In this document: piece by piece, positions 49,261 to 63,520 of the stretch
Layout: each line of letters starts with the position of its first letter
Position numbering within the stretch: the first letter of the stretch is position 1
Notes under the pieces: generated by a model
The model's database searches: none
Told to the model about the DNA's origin: nothing
Seen by the model: only the letters and a program-made list of their open reading frames with translations
DNA from: Antedon mediterranea
Lineage: Eukaryota > Animalia > Echinodermata
NCBI RefSeq assembly: GCF_964355755.1
Contig: NC_092675.1
Location: 30,352,912-30,416,911 of the forward strand
Direction: 5' to 3'
Length of the DNA: 64,000 bases
Translations under genes and position numbers: made by a program

Positions 49261-50739
49261 AATAACAGACGTAGGCTACATTTAGTTTTTGTCACACACG
49301 ACGGCGATAATATCGATAAATGAAGCATAAAGAAAATGCGGTTGATCACTGTTTTCGCGATATGAAAAAAATCCACAAAGTCCTTATACGTTGACGTCAC
49401 ACACGTACCAGCACCCCATTGGCTGGTTATGACGTAATGCAATTTTACCGTACCTTTAGTAAACAGAAGTTAGAATACGGTACCGTATCTTTAGCCACGG
49501 CGTAAAGCTTATTACTGTTTTAGAAGACCGATGTAATATAAGTAAACAACGATTATTATTGTTTTTATTATATTTATTATTTAATAGCACTACAAAGCAC
49601 AAACATTAGATATGAATATTATGCTTAATTATTCTCTATTATACATTATACAAATTCGATGTATTAAAATAATATGAACATACATTAATGATAGTATCCT
49701 ATCTATACCTTTAATGACTAAAATGATTAATTTATTTATTCTTTAGCCTTTTTATTTAAATTTCTGCATAAAAAAAAACCCAAACAAATTTGAAAGGCAA
49801 GGAAAAACCAAATACCTATGCTAGTATGTCAACCCAAACAGACAAATAACGATAAAAAGTGCCTTATTTTAGTGAATACTAGCATCAATATTATGATTAT
49901 TACTATAACGATAAATTATCAGTGTCTTGTCATGTTCTATTAATTAGTGCTAGACTTGTAACCACAACATTATAATTATATGAATACTAATCTTGTATTA
50001 TATAGAACCATATGGTACCGACTCTATGTATGAACATAATATGACAACAATATGACTGTTAAATTTATGAAAAAATATAATATACGTCTAAATAGCATCA
50101 ATTATTAATTAGGCCTATACTACATATAAAATCAATACACTCAATTATCCTTATTAACCCATACAACAGATTACTATTGAATTAATTAAAATCAGGGTAT
50201 TAAAAAAATTAATTAATACTCAAAATGCTTCTATTTACATGAATGTTAGGAGACGATAAAATGCATAACTAAACTAAATTATTGAATTATTATGTTTCAT
50301 GTATCATAGATTTTGTAAGTCTACTCTGGTTCCTTTTTAATATGGGATTTTTTTTGTTTTTGTGTTTTTGTTAGTGTCGAGATAGTGATGAGGAGGAATG
50401 TCTGGAAGAACAACACCGATTGTACACTTAACCGAGTGAAACACAAACGCAAACGCAGTTTTTCTTACAAATCTGACGTAATCTCTGGAAAGTCTTCAAT
50501 TAGTTGACATGTTTATAACTGTTTAATTATAAGTTTAGTTTGGTACCACTTAGGAAAAATAATAAATGAACTGCTAATACAACTATAAGGGGACATTGTA
50601 TAGCATGCCACCAATACGATGACTATTATCTTTACGAAATTGACAAGATACAAATTAAAAAAATATCGTTTAGGCCTAATAATAATATTACTTCATACTA
50701 GCTCAATCTACGGTTTATAAAATATCATTTAAAATTAAT

Positions 50740-53700
50740 TTATTGAACACTTTCATAAATATCACATGATTCAGCAGCGCAGACGTTTGCCATTTCATAA
50801 CACAGCTCGTAATGTTTCTGTGGAAAAACAACAAATTAGTATAATTTTCATATTGATAAAAAAAAATAGATAAAGCATGCACTCGGACTATCTACAGTAT
50901 ATGTTTTTATGACTGTAGCATCATACAATTAAACGTTACCCTTGTGTCAAACAACGATGAAGAAACGCGTTTGATACGTTTCACTGTGTGGTAGACATCA
51001 ACCAACGCGTCTCCATTCATCTTACGAACGATTATGTCCGCTGCACAGAAAAATCCACTTCGACTCTCGTCCCTAGAGTAACAAGATAAAACACCAATAG
51101 TATTTCATATTGATATTGTTTACAAATATTAACTATAAGAATCGCGATTGACTTATTGCCAACTTTGCAATCACATTATGTTGTTCTTTTTTGGAATTCT
51201 TCCTTCGTTCATTGTACCGTTCATTGTGTCTATACTGGATGAAAATGAATCTATTTTGAATCGAATACTTACAAAGAGCAAACTGTAACATAGTCATCTC
51301 GATTATTAGTTTGTTGAAATTCTCTGACATCGTCACAGAATTGTATAAAGTATCCAAGTGAAGGTTTCTGTGATTCTTTAGGCCAGTCCAGAAATGTCAG
51401 GTGACATATCTCACGTGATCTTTCCTTGTCCTAAGTATTAAATGTGCAGTAGTTTTATTTCACGATAGAAAAGCTTTGAAACTGTTATTTTATTTTAGAT
51501 AATTACTTCAAATAATTTTTATAATGTTCTTACCTTAGTCAATTTTAGTGTTCGTTTAAAAACATAATCGGTCTTCTCAAAGGTCAGAACTTCAACTGTG
51601 AATTGACCTTGTGTCATCTTACGTTCAGGAACAAGTGTAGAAGCAATTACCTTAAAAAACAACATGATTATCCTTTCTTTACTATATTAAATTAATGTGT
51701 AGTGATAACGTTGCCTCTTTCGTATATTTTCTTTGAAAAGAAACTGTTGACTGTACAATAATGTGTAATCATGATTCAAGTATAAATAATGTTTAGCAAT
51801 CTGTACAAAAAAAACTACGAAGATCGAATTCTGGAAATCACGGCGTGAATGACCAAAGCGTTAGGCTTTTTATTGCAAAAAGATCTTTTTATCTCTCTTC
51901 TCTTGTTATAAATATTTGTATAATAATGATCAACACATTTCCATGCCATTGTGCATAACATGATCAATATACATTAAATAGTCTACCTTACCTTGTCAAC
52001 CTGCTCTTCGTCATCTAACATCACCACTGTATATGACTTGTAGTCATAGATCATCTGCCAGAAATTGGAAAATTCACGTAGCATTGATTCCCTTGGCACA
52101 AGATATTCACGTTGCGGCTAAAATAAAGATTACAATACTATGATCACATAATAAATCCATAGGACATAAAGAAGCTTAATCTAAGAAATCATTGTACAGT
52201 TACCAAAAAAAGGTTGAGGTTGTATATAGTTTTACTCTAGATTTCACAAAATAGTTGGCGCTAGCAAATCTGACCTTGGTACTCTTCGTATTGGAATATA
52301 CAACATCTTCTGACTCCACATCAATCAATAGAGGTTCTGCAACATTCACTATTAGATAAAAAAATCAATTTAAGACAAAGTATTACAGCTTTCTTAAATA
52401 ACACCAATTAGAGAATTTAGTCTATAGTTCCATTTAACACTTACATTGCAATGTGTTATCGTTTTGTGTTTTGTTTGGTAGAAGAGCTTCAATGTTCTGT
52501 AAAACATTATAATACATGGATAATGAATTACACTATGCATTCAGTATTTAAAGTACAATAAAAGTAAACATAAAAAAAAAACGTTTTCCCCAATTAAAGT
52601 TGATGTGATCAATCATGGTTTTAATACATTCAAGATTAATAATAATAATAATAGAACAATAGGTTTATGTCACCATACATTTATCTGTTCTTGAATAACT
52701 GGTCTTCCAAGTAAACTTGTTGTGTTTTTAATTGCCTTGTATCGTTCAGAAATATCGGTTGATGGTATGCATGTTGCTCCACAAAACAAACACTCCAAAA
52801 TCATCTCATAGATAAATACATACTGGTTCTGAAAAACAGCAACAAAAAACATTGACGTGCAACTATTTACGCAAATAAACACTTTAAAACTGTTGTGAAA
52901 ATGGAACATACCTCTTTCAAACGAATATGAGAACAGCTACTAAGTGTATCTTTGACAAAGTTGAAAACATCAATCTCACTGCTTTCTTCAGCCATATCTA
53001 GCATTGCGTTTACTGCGATGACAGTTCCAATTTTGTGACAATCGGTACTTTGTAACAGATAATAAATAGTTGATACCGGTAAATGTCGACCACAATATTA
53101 CAAATTAATCGACTCATTACATTGCCTTATTCCAACGAATATAGTTTAATGTATTCATACAGAGAAATAATGCAAAGCAAATTATTTTGTAATACCTATA
53201 CACAAGTATTGGTCCAACTCCAGAGTCTTTCTTAGCTTTCCTTAAACTGTGTGTAAACTCAATAAGATGTGCAGATGTGTCCATAACATCTCCAGGCCAT
53301 GCAATGAAGTTATATTGATGGACAACACGAGGCCGCGATTCACGATTTTCCTGCGTAAAGAAGAAGGTATAGTCATTGCCCCATCACATTTGGATAGCAA
53401 CATTAAGGTATATCTAATTTAATAGCTAAACAACATTTTAACACACCTAAATGAATCCTTGCCACTTGATTGGTTAATTTTGTATCACATGCTTTTCACT
53501 ATTTATATTATGTTAATGGATAACGTTCATCCTTTTGTACACTTTTTTCTGGATAACTTTTTACATTTTTGTATTCGCTGAATATTATAGGGGAAATGGG
53601 TTCAGTAGTTGACATCCTGATAGTCCTATTCAACTCATAAAAACATTCTCTCCATTAAACACATTTATTACTTATATAATAGATTACTTCATTATAAACA

Positions 53701-56700
53701 AGATATTTGTTACCGTCATAATTTCGAACTTGCAGACTGTAAAACCATTGTCATTTAATTCCGCTTCCAGTTTGCGGACATGCATCTTGCCATGTTGTGT
53801 TATTATACATCCAGTATTTTCATGCAAAAGTAGATTACAGTTGACCTTTGAGGTGAGAAAAGTATTTAAAAAATTAAAAATGAGTAAATCCTTTGTCCTT
53901 TGTAATATTTTGTACAGCCAACAACTGGTCTTCCAAATCAAACGAATTCATACTTTGAAATGGCTTTAACATAGTGTACTCATGTGTAGTCCATATAGGT
54001 ACTCATTATTTGTTGATCCTATCCTAAAACATACCTTGTCACCATCACATGTAATGTTAACTATTATATTGATGTTTTCTCTCCAAATCATTTCCAATAA
54101 CTGTTTTTCTTGTTCATTGCCTGTTAAGAAATTTAGTGTATCAATATTCAAAGCATTTATTTAAAAAGTTTAGTAAAGCATGAACATTGCGTTTAATGTA
54201 AGCGACCCATTAAAAACCAAAAACAAAAGTACAAGATGCTCAAACATAAGAAACAGACAAATAATTTCAAAAAAATATATATGTACTGCATACATATCAT
54301 TTTGGTTATACTACGTACCTCTTAACAGAAGAGAGAGGCTATACACAAACAAAACAGTTGAGCAGTTATTATTGCAACAATTATTGTCTAATGTCAATCT
54401 TACCATGGATAAAAACTTTATTTATTTTTGCTCTTACTTAAACATCGTTAGACCGTTTGTTACGTAATTAAATTGTTTTAACATTTCTCCAATATTATAA
54501 TGTAAATACTATGGCAGCAGTTTTAGTTGTAAGAATACAGTTTAGAGTTTATGAATACAGAAATTATAATAATTTCCTCACCATGATAAGCGATATATGC
54601 ATTCGGTTTGTCCTAAAAATAAAATACATTCGTTATTATGAATTATTATTGAATTAAAATTTAACGTGATTAAAGAACATACAGTATTCTAATTAATCAA
54701 TTATGTACATTTGTTTGTAAATGTTATATGTATTAGGTTGCACAAGTCCCTAATGATAATATGTTATTACTTACGTTAATGTAACAGGCGTTCGATTTGT
54801 CAGATTTACCTTCCAGACGGATACTTGAATATCGACTAAATAGTTCCTATAACAAAAAACACATACAAAATAAAAATGTATCTATCATAGGGCATCTTTT
54901 GTTAATTATTATCACACATGTTATTTATTTACTTTTCTAATTTGTTTTTTTTTTCTAATTCAAATTTATAGACTTACCCCAAATTCGGATGTAAAAGTAA
55001 AGCTTGTTCCCTGTTTTCTATGTTTGATGTACATGTGTAGATCTTTCAGCTTGACAGGTCGATTGTAATCAGTAACACTGGAGTCCACGACAACAGTGTT
55101 CAACTGATTTGCAACCACATAACCGTCTTGCATTTCTGATAAACAATAATGACTTATTGTAATACAATATTGAATTTATATATTGTGCATTTTAATATTA
55201 TTATTTATATACGTTTTTAGCAAGCCTGGTATAATTAACATCCACAATTAGCATTTTGTTCAAGGTGTTGACAAAAAAAATTGAAATCTATTATTAGGAC
55301 TTACCTATTTTATCTACTTCTCTTGACATCTTTGATCTGACTGTACTAGTGGTATTTAGATTACTAAAATTAATATATTGCGGAGTATTATAATATTATT
55401 TAAAGATATCTTGTCAAAAAACACAAACTACATGTTATGTTGTTCTGAAAGGATTGATTGTTTTACAATCTTAGGAATCAATCCAGTTGGATAAGCATAA
55501 ATAATTTACCAACATTATGGTTTACCCTAAGTAGATGTGTTAGTACCTTGTGGGTGAATAGAGAATATCGTACAGGTAAAATAAGTCATACAATCCGGAA
55601 TCATGACTTTTGTGATATATAATAGCAATATTATATTTATTTTACGTTTTACGTACAGTATGGCAGAGTAAAATATACTTAGTATACCTTTTTCTTTTAT
55701 AATGCACCGTTTGTACAACGATTACAGTCACTACCACAATGATACACGTGATTAGAAGACCAACTACCCACCAACCTGTTAAAAAAAAAAAAAAGTAAAT
55801 TATTTGACTTGTGAAAAAGATTGTACATAAAGTTGTAATATTGATAATATTTATTAATTTATTAACTCCTCCCTCCTCCCCCAAACAAACATGATATCAC
55901 CTACTTGTATGTTTGAATGAAGTCACTATAATAATTGATTTAGGACCGATTCCTTTTGATGTTCTTGCTTCAATCTCAAATGTATACATCTTAGTTGTGT
56001 CAATTCCATCTATGGTTGTTTGTGTGTCTGCATATCCTATCTTATACTCTTTAAGTTCCAATTTATCAAGAAACAGTTTGTAATCATAGGTTATTAAACC
56101 TTTTCTGTTGCCACATTTTGGAGGTTCCCATGATAAACTAATCGATTTCGATTTTGCAGACACAACTTGAAGTGATGTTGGAAATCCAGTTGGAACTAAA
56201 TTATAAATGTAGTTTCACAAAATATTTAAATTGTGCTTTATCAAGCCATTTCGGACTATAATGTTTCTAATACCAACAAGACTCTAGATAGTGAAATTTG
56301 TTGAAATTGTATTCCTAATCTATTTAAACTTTCTTAATTTATATTACTCGGTATGCCACATACTTACCACCTTCTTCTGTTTGTACTGTATGAATATCTG
56401 ATAGCTGTTCAGCTGAGTTGGATACTGAGGTTACATGAATTGCATACTTGGAATATGCACTCAGATTGGAAATGATATACGAAGAAGTGTCGAAAGGACC
56501 TTCTTCAACGGCGTCCACATGTACGTCCTCGCACATATCAGCTTGTATTAGTTGGTAAGTGACGTTGTACATAACAGGACAGTCTCCATTTTCCACTTTA
56601 TTCCAAGTCAGAGAAATATTATTTGTCCCAGTAGTAACATCTATCCCATCAATTTTGTTTGGAGCTAATAATGCATAACAATGTCAAAAGTAACTGTAAA

Positions 56701-59700
56701 TGTATTAGAGTCTAGGAGACATAGTAGTTAATTAGTTAATGTTTACTTGACTATTCATTTATTCATGGGTGACACTTTGGCAGTATGATGTACAGAGACT
56801 ACCACTTGAGAGTCTACATGCATATGCCGACGCTAATATTGGGTCAGATATTTTAGCACTTTTTGGTGTATAATATTGAGAATTCAAAGCATGCATACTT
56901 TATGAATGTTTTCTTAAGTTTGAATAAGTAAAAGCTATGGAGAAGAACAAAAAATATATATAATAGGCAATTATGATTAAATTTGATTAGTAATAGTATA
57001 TATATTAAATTGATTAAATTGAGTGGAGCTGTGGCTTGGTGGTTATGATGCTTGGCTACCAATCTAAGGGTCCTGGGTTCAAGTCCTGTCATATATCAGG
57101 GTTTTTTTCTCATGACAATTTACAACTCCACTCCCAAAGACTTAATAATAAGTCTTTGTTTATGTAGAGCATCTTGTGTATATGTTTGTCTTGTGAAATT
57201 ATTAAATAGTTTATCCATCCTGTAATTGGCGGGTTACTCGCTGTTGGATGAGTATGAAATAAAATAAAATAAAAAAAATAAAAAAAATAAAAAAAATTAA
57301 AAAAAATAAAATAAATAGATTTACCGTTCGCATGCGTTTCAACTGTTTCAATATTACTCCATGGTCCTTTGAATCCAGCGTTGTTCTCTATTCGTACTTT
57401 GCATGTATACAATGTGCACGGCAATAGTCTGTCAATTGTAGTTGATGTAACATCACTGGCAGCGATAGTTCTAGATTCGGAATCGGATTCACAATATATT
57501 TCGTAATCAAAAGTGTTGCATTGTATTTTCTTTGAATTACTATCTAATTTCTGCGGCAAAAAATATATAAAAATAAATATAATTATTTTGGTAAACAATT
57601 TGAATTAATCACTGACTAAGTAATAATAATCATTACATTATAGCATAGGCCTACATCATTAATTATTATACAGTAAATTGAATACTTAAAAATACCTGAA
57701 ATGTCACCCACCTGCCATGTAATGGTTAATGAAGAAGAACTAGTTGCAGTAACTGCAATATGAGGGGAGATCAATGGACCTATTCACAAAATGATAAAAC
57801 AAAAGTTTACTATCTAGGGTAGTGTATTTAACTATACTAGTTACTGTACATTCGGTTCCCTATTCTATATACTTTTCTTTATTTTCTATATTTCCTGCTA
57901 TCGTTATGTGAAGATCGATTAATCGATCTATTAACAGATTGATTATCTCACTTGAACATATAGTTGATAATTTCACAACTTGACTATCAGGTCCACACAC
58001 ATCTTTTCCGTTGATTTTCCTACAGACACGAACTTTCACCTCAATTGTGCGATTTGGCAGTAACCCAATTGTAAAGACCTCATCACTTGTTTCGATTGTT
58101 GTAAATGTTGATTCTTCTTCACTTTTATATAACACTTTATAAGATGACGCTGGTCCAGTTCCATAATCCTCACCAAAAGTCCAACCATAAGCGATAGTTA
58201 TGTTTATGTATCGAAGGCGTTTTCTTCCAAAAAAGGATTTATTTTTGGCTAAATTCAGACATGTAGACCTTATGAATTAAAAGAAATGTAATGTAAGAGA
58301 ACCAATACCAACCTATCTGGCAGTCGTTGCCACCCCAACCATGTTCACAGTCTCCACTATCGCAGTAACCCGTATCTTTATCACATGATGCTGAGGTCGC
58401 ACAATGACAATTATACTGACAAAAACGACCAAACTTTCCATCAGCACATGTTATGTGATCTAAAAAGAAAATCATGGGCTACGGTTTAAATGAGCAGCTG
58501 AACACAACACATCTGAACTATGTGTATTGGTGTATAAGTGGTGTTGTCTTCAGATAGTAGTTTCAGAAAGAAGAAAGTAAAGAATATTAATTAAGTTACT
58601 ACTATTGGTATTTACTCTCTACATTAGAGCAATGGTTATCCTTGGCAATTTGCCTAAAATATAAAAACAACAAATTTACCAAGACACTTGTCTCCGTAAA
58701 ATCCATTGCTACATGTAGTTCCAATTTGACATCCTCTTTCGTTGTCACAGTCAGTTGAAGTACAATGACATTCTTGACTACAACCTGCACCGTAGTTATT
58801 TCCTGTGCATGCTACTTTCAAAATGGATAAGATATAAGATAAGATTTATAACAACATAAGCTTTAGCCATTACCTATTTTTTTTTTTTTATTAATTTCGG
58901 CAATAAACATAAAATAATAATTACAAAAAAAAACATAGAAATATATATATATATATATGAAAAACAAGACACGAGGCCGAGGAAAGACAAAAGCATTAAA
59001 CAAAACGCTGTCACCGGTAAGGTGTGTCTCTCCACCACAACAGCGATTGTGGATGGGATATCAAGAGTGTCTAGTCTCCCCTCATATGACTGTTCCTGAT
59101 AACGTTGATGTAAAATCAACCGGGTGGCCCGTCTCTGGATTTGCTCAATCATTTGAATTTGACATATGCGATAAGGGTACCACACTTGTATGAACAATTG
59201 TTGTTAAATATAATGAAGGTACAGATAATAATAGCGAGATTATAATATGATGATGCAATATTATAATTTAATTTATTTAGCAATTGCTTAAAATGTTTCC
59301 AAATTATAAGATAACAAAACATTTTGACACACCCTCCTGTATGACTTATAACATTTCCTTTTCCGAGACAGAAAAACCCTACCATTGAAGGAGAAAGTAA
59401 ATACGCTTTAGAAATAACATAATGGGCAGAATGTTTTACACGAAAATTGATTGTTTATTTGTACTTCAATCTATAAAAATCACAAATACATAGTAGGCTA
59501 GTAGTAGTATAGGCCTTCTAAATTCAGGACGACCTAATAATCCTTGTATAAAATAATTTATACCTGACTTTATTTTTAGAAAGAAATCAACTTTCAATCT
59601 CTGGTAAATACTATGTGTAAGGTTTCAGGTAATGAGATAACATTTACAATGCATTCTTAATTTTTAATGTTATCTAAAGAAAATAAACTCAAATTATCTC

Positions 59701-62700
59701 CGTGGTAAGCCTCCATGCTATAACCCACCTTGATCACATGTATCACCATGGAAACCTGCAATACAGGAACATCCAACAGGATCTGGAGGACATAATAAGA
59801 TTCCTGAGCATGTTGCTCCTGACCTTTTCGAGCACACAATACCACATGTCCGACCCCAGTCATTGTTACCACATCCTAACAAATTTAAATACTATCTTGT
59901 TAAAATTTATTTTACGTTTCTGGTGTATTTATTAACTTCAGATTTTTATTTTTGTGCTATAGTAAAAAGCATCCACTGTATACCCACGGGGTTTTTTTGA
60001 ATAAAAAAAAAACTCTTTTTAAAGACTGTACCTTCTGAGCAATCAACACCTTTAAATCCTGCTGGACAGATACATAACCCAGTCACGTGATCACATATTC
60101 CTCCATTATAACAAACTGGGCAATCTACATCACAGTTCATTCCATATTTTGTTGCGGGGCAACCTATGATTATGAGTATAAAAATGAGTATATCACATTA
60201 CTCTTAAGTAGACTTATTAAAAGTTAAAGAATTAGTTTTTAATTGGCGGATTAGGGGCATCAAGTACACTGCCATGTATGTTTTTTTCCTACGACAGTGT
60301 TGTTGGTGGTACAGTAGAAATGAAATACAATATTCCTGAACTCATGGATTAATGAATAAATAAAGCCATGCTGAACTTAATTAATAATAACAATAATAAT
60401 TAATTAATAGCATTGAAAAAATTATGTACTGAAAATCAACATTGTGCCAAACCCTAAGCAAAACATGTGAAAATAAAGCTATAATATAGTTCACCTCTGA
60501 CAATCAATCTCATCATTGCATGTTTTCCGTTTCTTTCTTTGTAACATTCGTATATTCCAGCATCACTTGTTCTGACATTGTTAATAGTCAACGTATCTTC
60601 ACCATTGCCTTGTAGTAAGCTAATGTTGTTAACTTTCCATTTCAATTCTGTTATACGTATTGCGGTATGAACTCGTAAAGTCACGTGGTCACCGATACTA
60701 ACAGTAATGGAACGTTGGTATGGAGTGACGTCAGCTAAAACATACAACCGATTTAAATCTTTTATACGATTAAGGTTAAGCAAGTGTGGTATGTATAATA
60801 ATATTTAATTATTATAAAATGAAGAAACTGAGTTTTGCAAATGAATAGGGCCTACCATTACATAATTTATAATTAACTAATGAGATTAATTAGACAAATT
60901 AAGTGTAGAAATACTGTGACAGATAACGTACACTTTTAAAGTACTGTATATGATACTCCCCAATCCATTTAGCAAATTGAACAAGAGTAATTTAAAGAGA
61001 AATGAGTGTCAATCAAATTTCAGTAGGGCCTACCTTTCAACCAAATAACTAATCAATCATAGTTTTTTTTTATTAACTTGTTTATATACATATATTATTT
61101 ATGTTGTTATATTTATGTGTTTAATGCAATACTTTGTAACTTTTAGATTATTTATTTTAGATTATAAAAAGATCCAAATGGAAATAAGCTATTAAGCTTT
61201 TTTGGGCCGGCTATCCTGCAAAGTCTGTATCTATTTGTAGTGTCAGTAATTTATGTTATTACTTTGTATTTTGTATTTTATGACGATTTTCCTAATTAAA
61301 ATTAAATCAAATCATATATTTATTTATAACATTCTAATTATTTGTTAATTATTGTAAATGAAAATTCGACTTAATATGATAAATTATCTCACCATTTTTT
61401 GGCAAAATTATGAAAGGTATATGCTGCGATCTGGTATCCTTTGTAGCATTTGCAAAGAAGGCACCGACCATTTGAAGGCCTGAGGCAGTATTGATATTGA
61501 CGATGAGGGCAGTGCGTCCATAATCATCTGATCTTTGTACTGTCGATCCTGTAGGGAACATTGTACCAGAAGCAACAGGTGTGCTGTCACGACGATCACC
61601 ATAATAATCATAACCATCATCATCATCCCACGTCACAGGTCTTCCTTGCAACCCAGTGCCTGTATCGCTTTCTCTTCCCAGTAAGATATCAGTAGTTTCA
61701 TCTGAACCGCCAGTATAACCTCCGAATCTTGATTCTTCATTAAAACTATCAATGTCAACCGTTGGAGTTGGACAACAGATAGAAAAATCAAGAATTTCAT
61801 CTGAAAGGTCAGTTGAGCAGTTATTGATTATTTATTGATTGTGAATGATTTACTTCTATTTATCTTTTATTTTAATCATAATTATTAAATTGTAATCTAA
61901 GCAGTATCATATTCTAAATTATTCCACCAATCATAGAAAGAACTTGAAACAAAATTTGTAATTACAGTTTACCTTAATGGCGTGCTCATAGGCTTATTGT
62001 TAAATCAGTTTTATTTTATTTTATTTTATTTTATTAATTAGTTAAGTATTACTCTGGACGCACCTTCACTCAAAAAGTGTGCCACTGTTTCAAAAGTGTG
62101 CCACTGTTTCAAAAGTGTAGCTTCCAAATCAATTTTTATTAGTTTATATAGATAACTATATAAGCACCAATACACGGTATCAACAGAGTATTTTAATTAT
62201 TTGCAGCGGTTCTCATTAAACAGTGGTAGCATTAGCATTTGTACAATAACATTAATTCAACCACTTTGAAATTTTAACCTGACTGTAGGAAACATTGCTA
62301 GAGGATAAAAAGTCTAACGAATAACTCCCAATGTTGACGCATAGGGCCTAGTTGTTGTCACATAGTCGAATTGCTTACAATCCAATTATAAATAATCTAA
62401 ACGCATTTATAGGCCTATCCATATTTTAGACAGACACGGATGTCATCTTTCTCATTTGCGCCTAGTCTGCATTATGTGCACATAAAAAAAAGTAATTTCC
62501 TGCTACGGGTCTTTGGAGTCAAGTTGTTTATTCAAGTGTCTATATAAGTGTAAAATAACATGGTAACTGTCATCCGATAACCAGGAAATAATAAACCAAT
62601 TTTAGATTTACTGAACTAATAACAAATATATAAAAAACGACATGTTAATGTTGTGTAAGATTATGTAAAAGTATATTCCATTTTTTAAAAACTGTCATAT

Positions 62701-63002
62701 GAGGTTTCAAAAGTGTAATTGCGTTAATTATGAACAGTAATATTACCAGTACTGTCAGTACAAACAATAGGGAGCTAAAATGCATTACAACCCCAAACAT
62801 GATTGTGCCATCGTTTCCCGCATCGTTCCTATCATTGCAACATGGAAACATTCTACCGATAATTTGAATGATCTAATTCGAACATGTTTGTTTATTTTAA
62901 CTAGTTTTTTTAGAATTATTGCGATAATTACTTACCTGATCGTACTGTACAAAGCAAGACAAGGATTAAAAGGTTCACATGAATAACTTCTAAAGTTGAC
63001 AT
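50740..63002 (-). CDS. Receptor-type protein tyrosine (pseudo)phosphatase with Tie-like ectodomain: signal peptide, 2 Ig-like, ~4 EGF-like, 4 FN3, TM, 2 degenerate PTP domains (1418 aa)
   Basis: 29 phase-consistent exons without internal stops: 63002-62936 (signal MSTLEVIHVNLLILVLLCTVRS), 61800-61393, 60734-60495 (Ig, DAGIYECY), 60163-60032, 59875-59729 (CPPDPVGCSCIAGFHG, Tie-like EGF), 58811-58680, 58459-58313, 58248-57952, 57779-57712, 57550-57325, 56664-56368, 56195-55905 (FN3), 55775-55688 (TM), 55363-55305, 55135-54978, 54846-54775, 54612-54582, 54120-54035, 53845-53714, 53350-53196, 53047-52912, 52828-52679, 52496-52445, 52348-52275, 52117-51992, 51650-51534, 51430-51273, 51072-50940, 50817-50740. 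PTP remnants: EMIWRE, FIAWPG, QYVFIYE, NFWQMIYD, FLDWPK. Confidence 0.85.
57021..57110 (+). mobile_element. tRNA-derived SINE head
   Basis: Pol III A box TGGCTTGGTGG and B box GGTTCAAGTCC; no intact cloverleaf. Confidence 0.6.
59030..59195 (-). mobile_element. CR1-type RT C-terminal fragment in a receptor intron
   Basis: VWYPYRICQIQMIEQIQRRATRLILHQRYQEQSYEGRLDTLDIP. Confidence 0.7.
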
Positions 63003-63399
63003 GTTTGTCGATTGCTTACACTTTGATTTTGAATTTCTTGGTTTGCAGTATATTGTAGGCTATTTTTGCATCTTTAAATGTTTGACATGGTTACAGTAGA
63101 GCTAAGTACCGAACTTATACGTATGAAATGAAACACGGAAATGATGAATGATCTTAAGTTTCAGACTTTTGAACCAAGTGATTGGCACAGACAATTTAAG
63201 GATGCGATAATACCATCAATTATGATGTGACATGATAGGGGAATAATGAACAATGGAAGAGTGAAAGTAATTTAACTCTTCCTGAATAGACCATAGACAC
63301 CAGAAAGCATTTTGGTTTTATTTTAGGCGGAAATCAGAGAGCAACGGCATTTCGGCTACACTGGTGGTAGTCAATTGTGGGCTACACCGTGAAATAACA

Positions 63400-63520
63400 T
63401 TTTATTTGGTTCACCACGGTTCGAATCCCATCGTTTTTCTAACTGCTGGTGGATTGGAATACGTGTTCTTACGTTAAGCCGTTGGTCCCGTGTGGGATTG
63501 TCTCCCGGTGTACTGCCAAA
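63400..63520 (+). mobile_element. tRNA-derived SINE-like relic
   Basis: B box GGTTCGAATCCC followed by ACGTTAAGCCGTTGGTCCCG. Confidence 0.4.

Larger units (their letters stand above)
42822..49508. mobile_element. Non-autonomous TIR element (PIF/Harbinger-like) expanded by nested insertions
   Basis: ~140-bp inverted repeats at 42822-~42967 and ~49356-49508 (TTTACGCCGTGGCTAAAGATACGGTACCGTATTCTAAC...), with about 7 mismatches plus one indel. Flanked by TAA/TTA. Confidence 0.75.

Noticed and set aside
57021-57095. Functional tRNA gene
   Set aside because: The acceptor stem does not pair; it is better explained as a SINE head.
62645-62851. Hydrophobic ORF as the receptor signal-peptide exon
   Set aside because: No suitable donor was found. 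Exon 63002-62936 has ATG, a signal peptide and a phase-1 GTAAGT donor.
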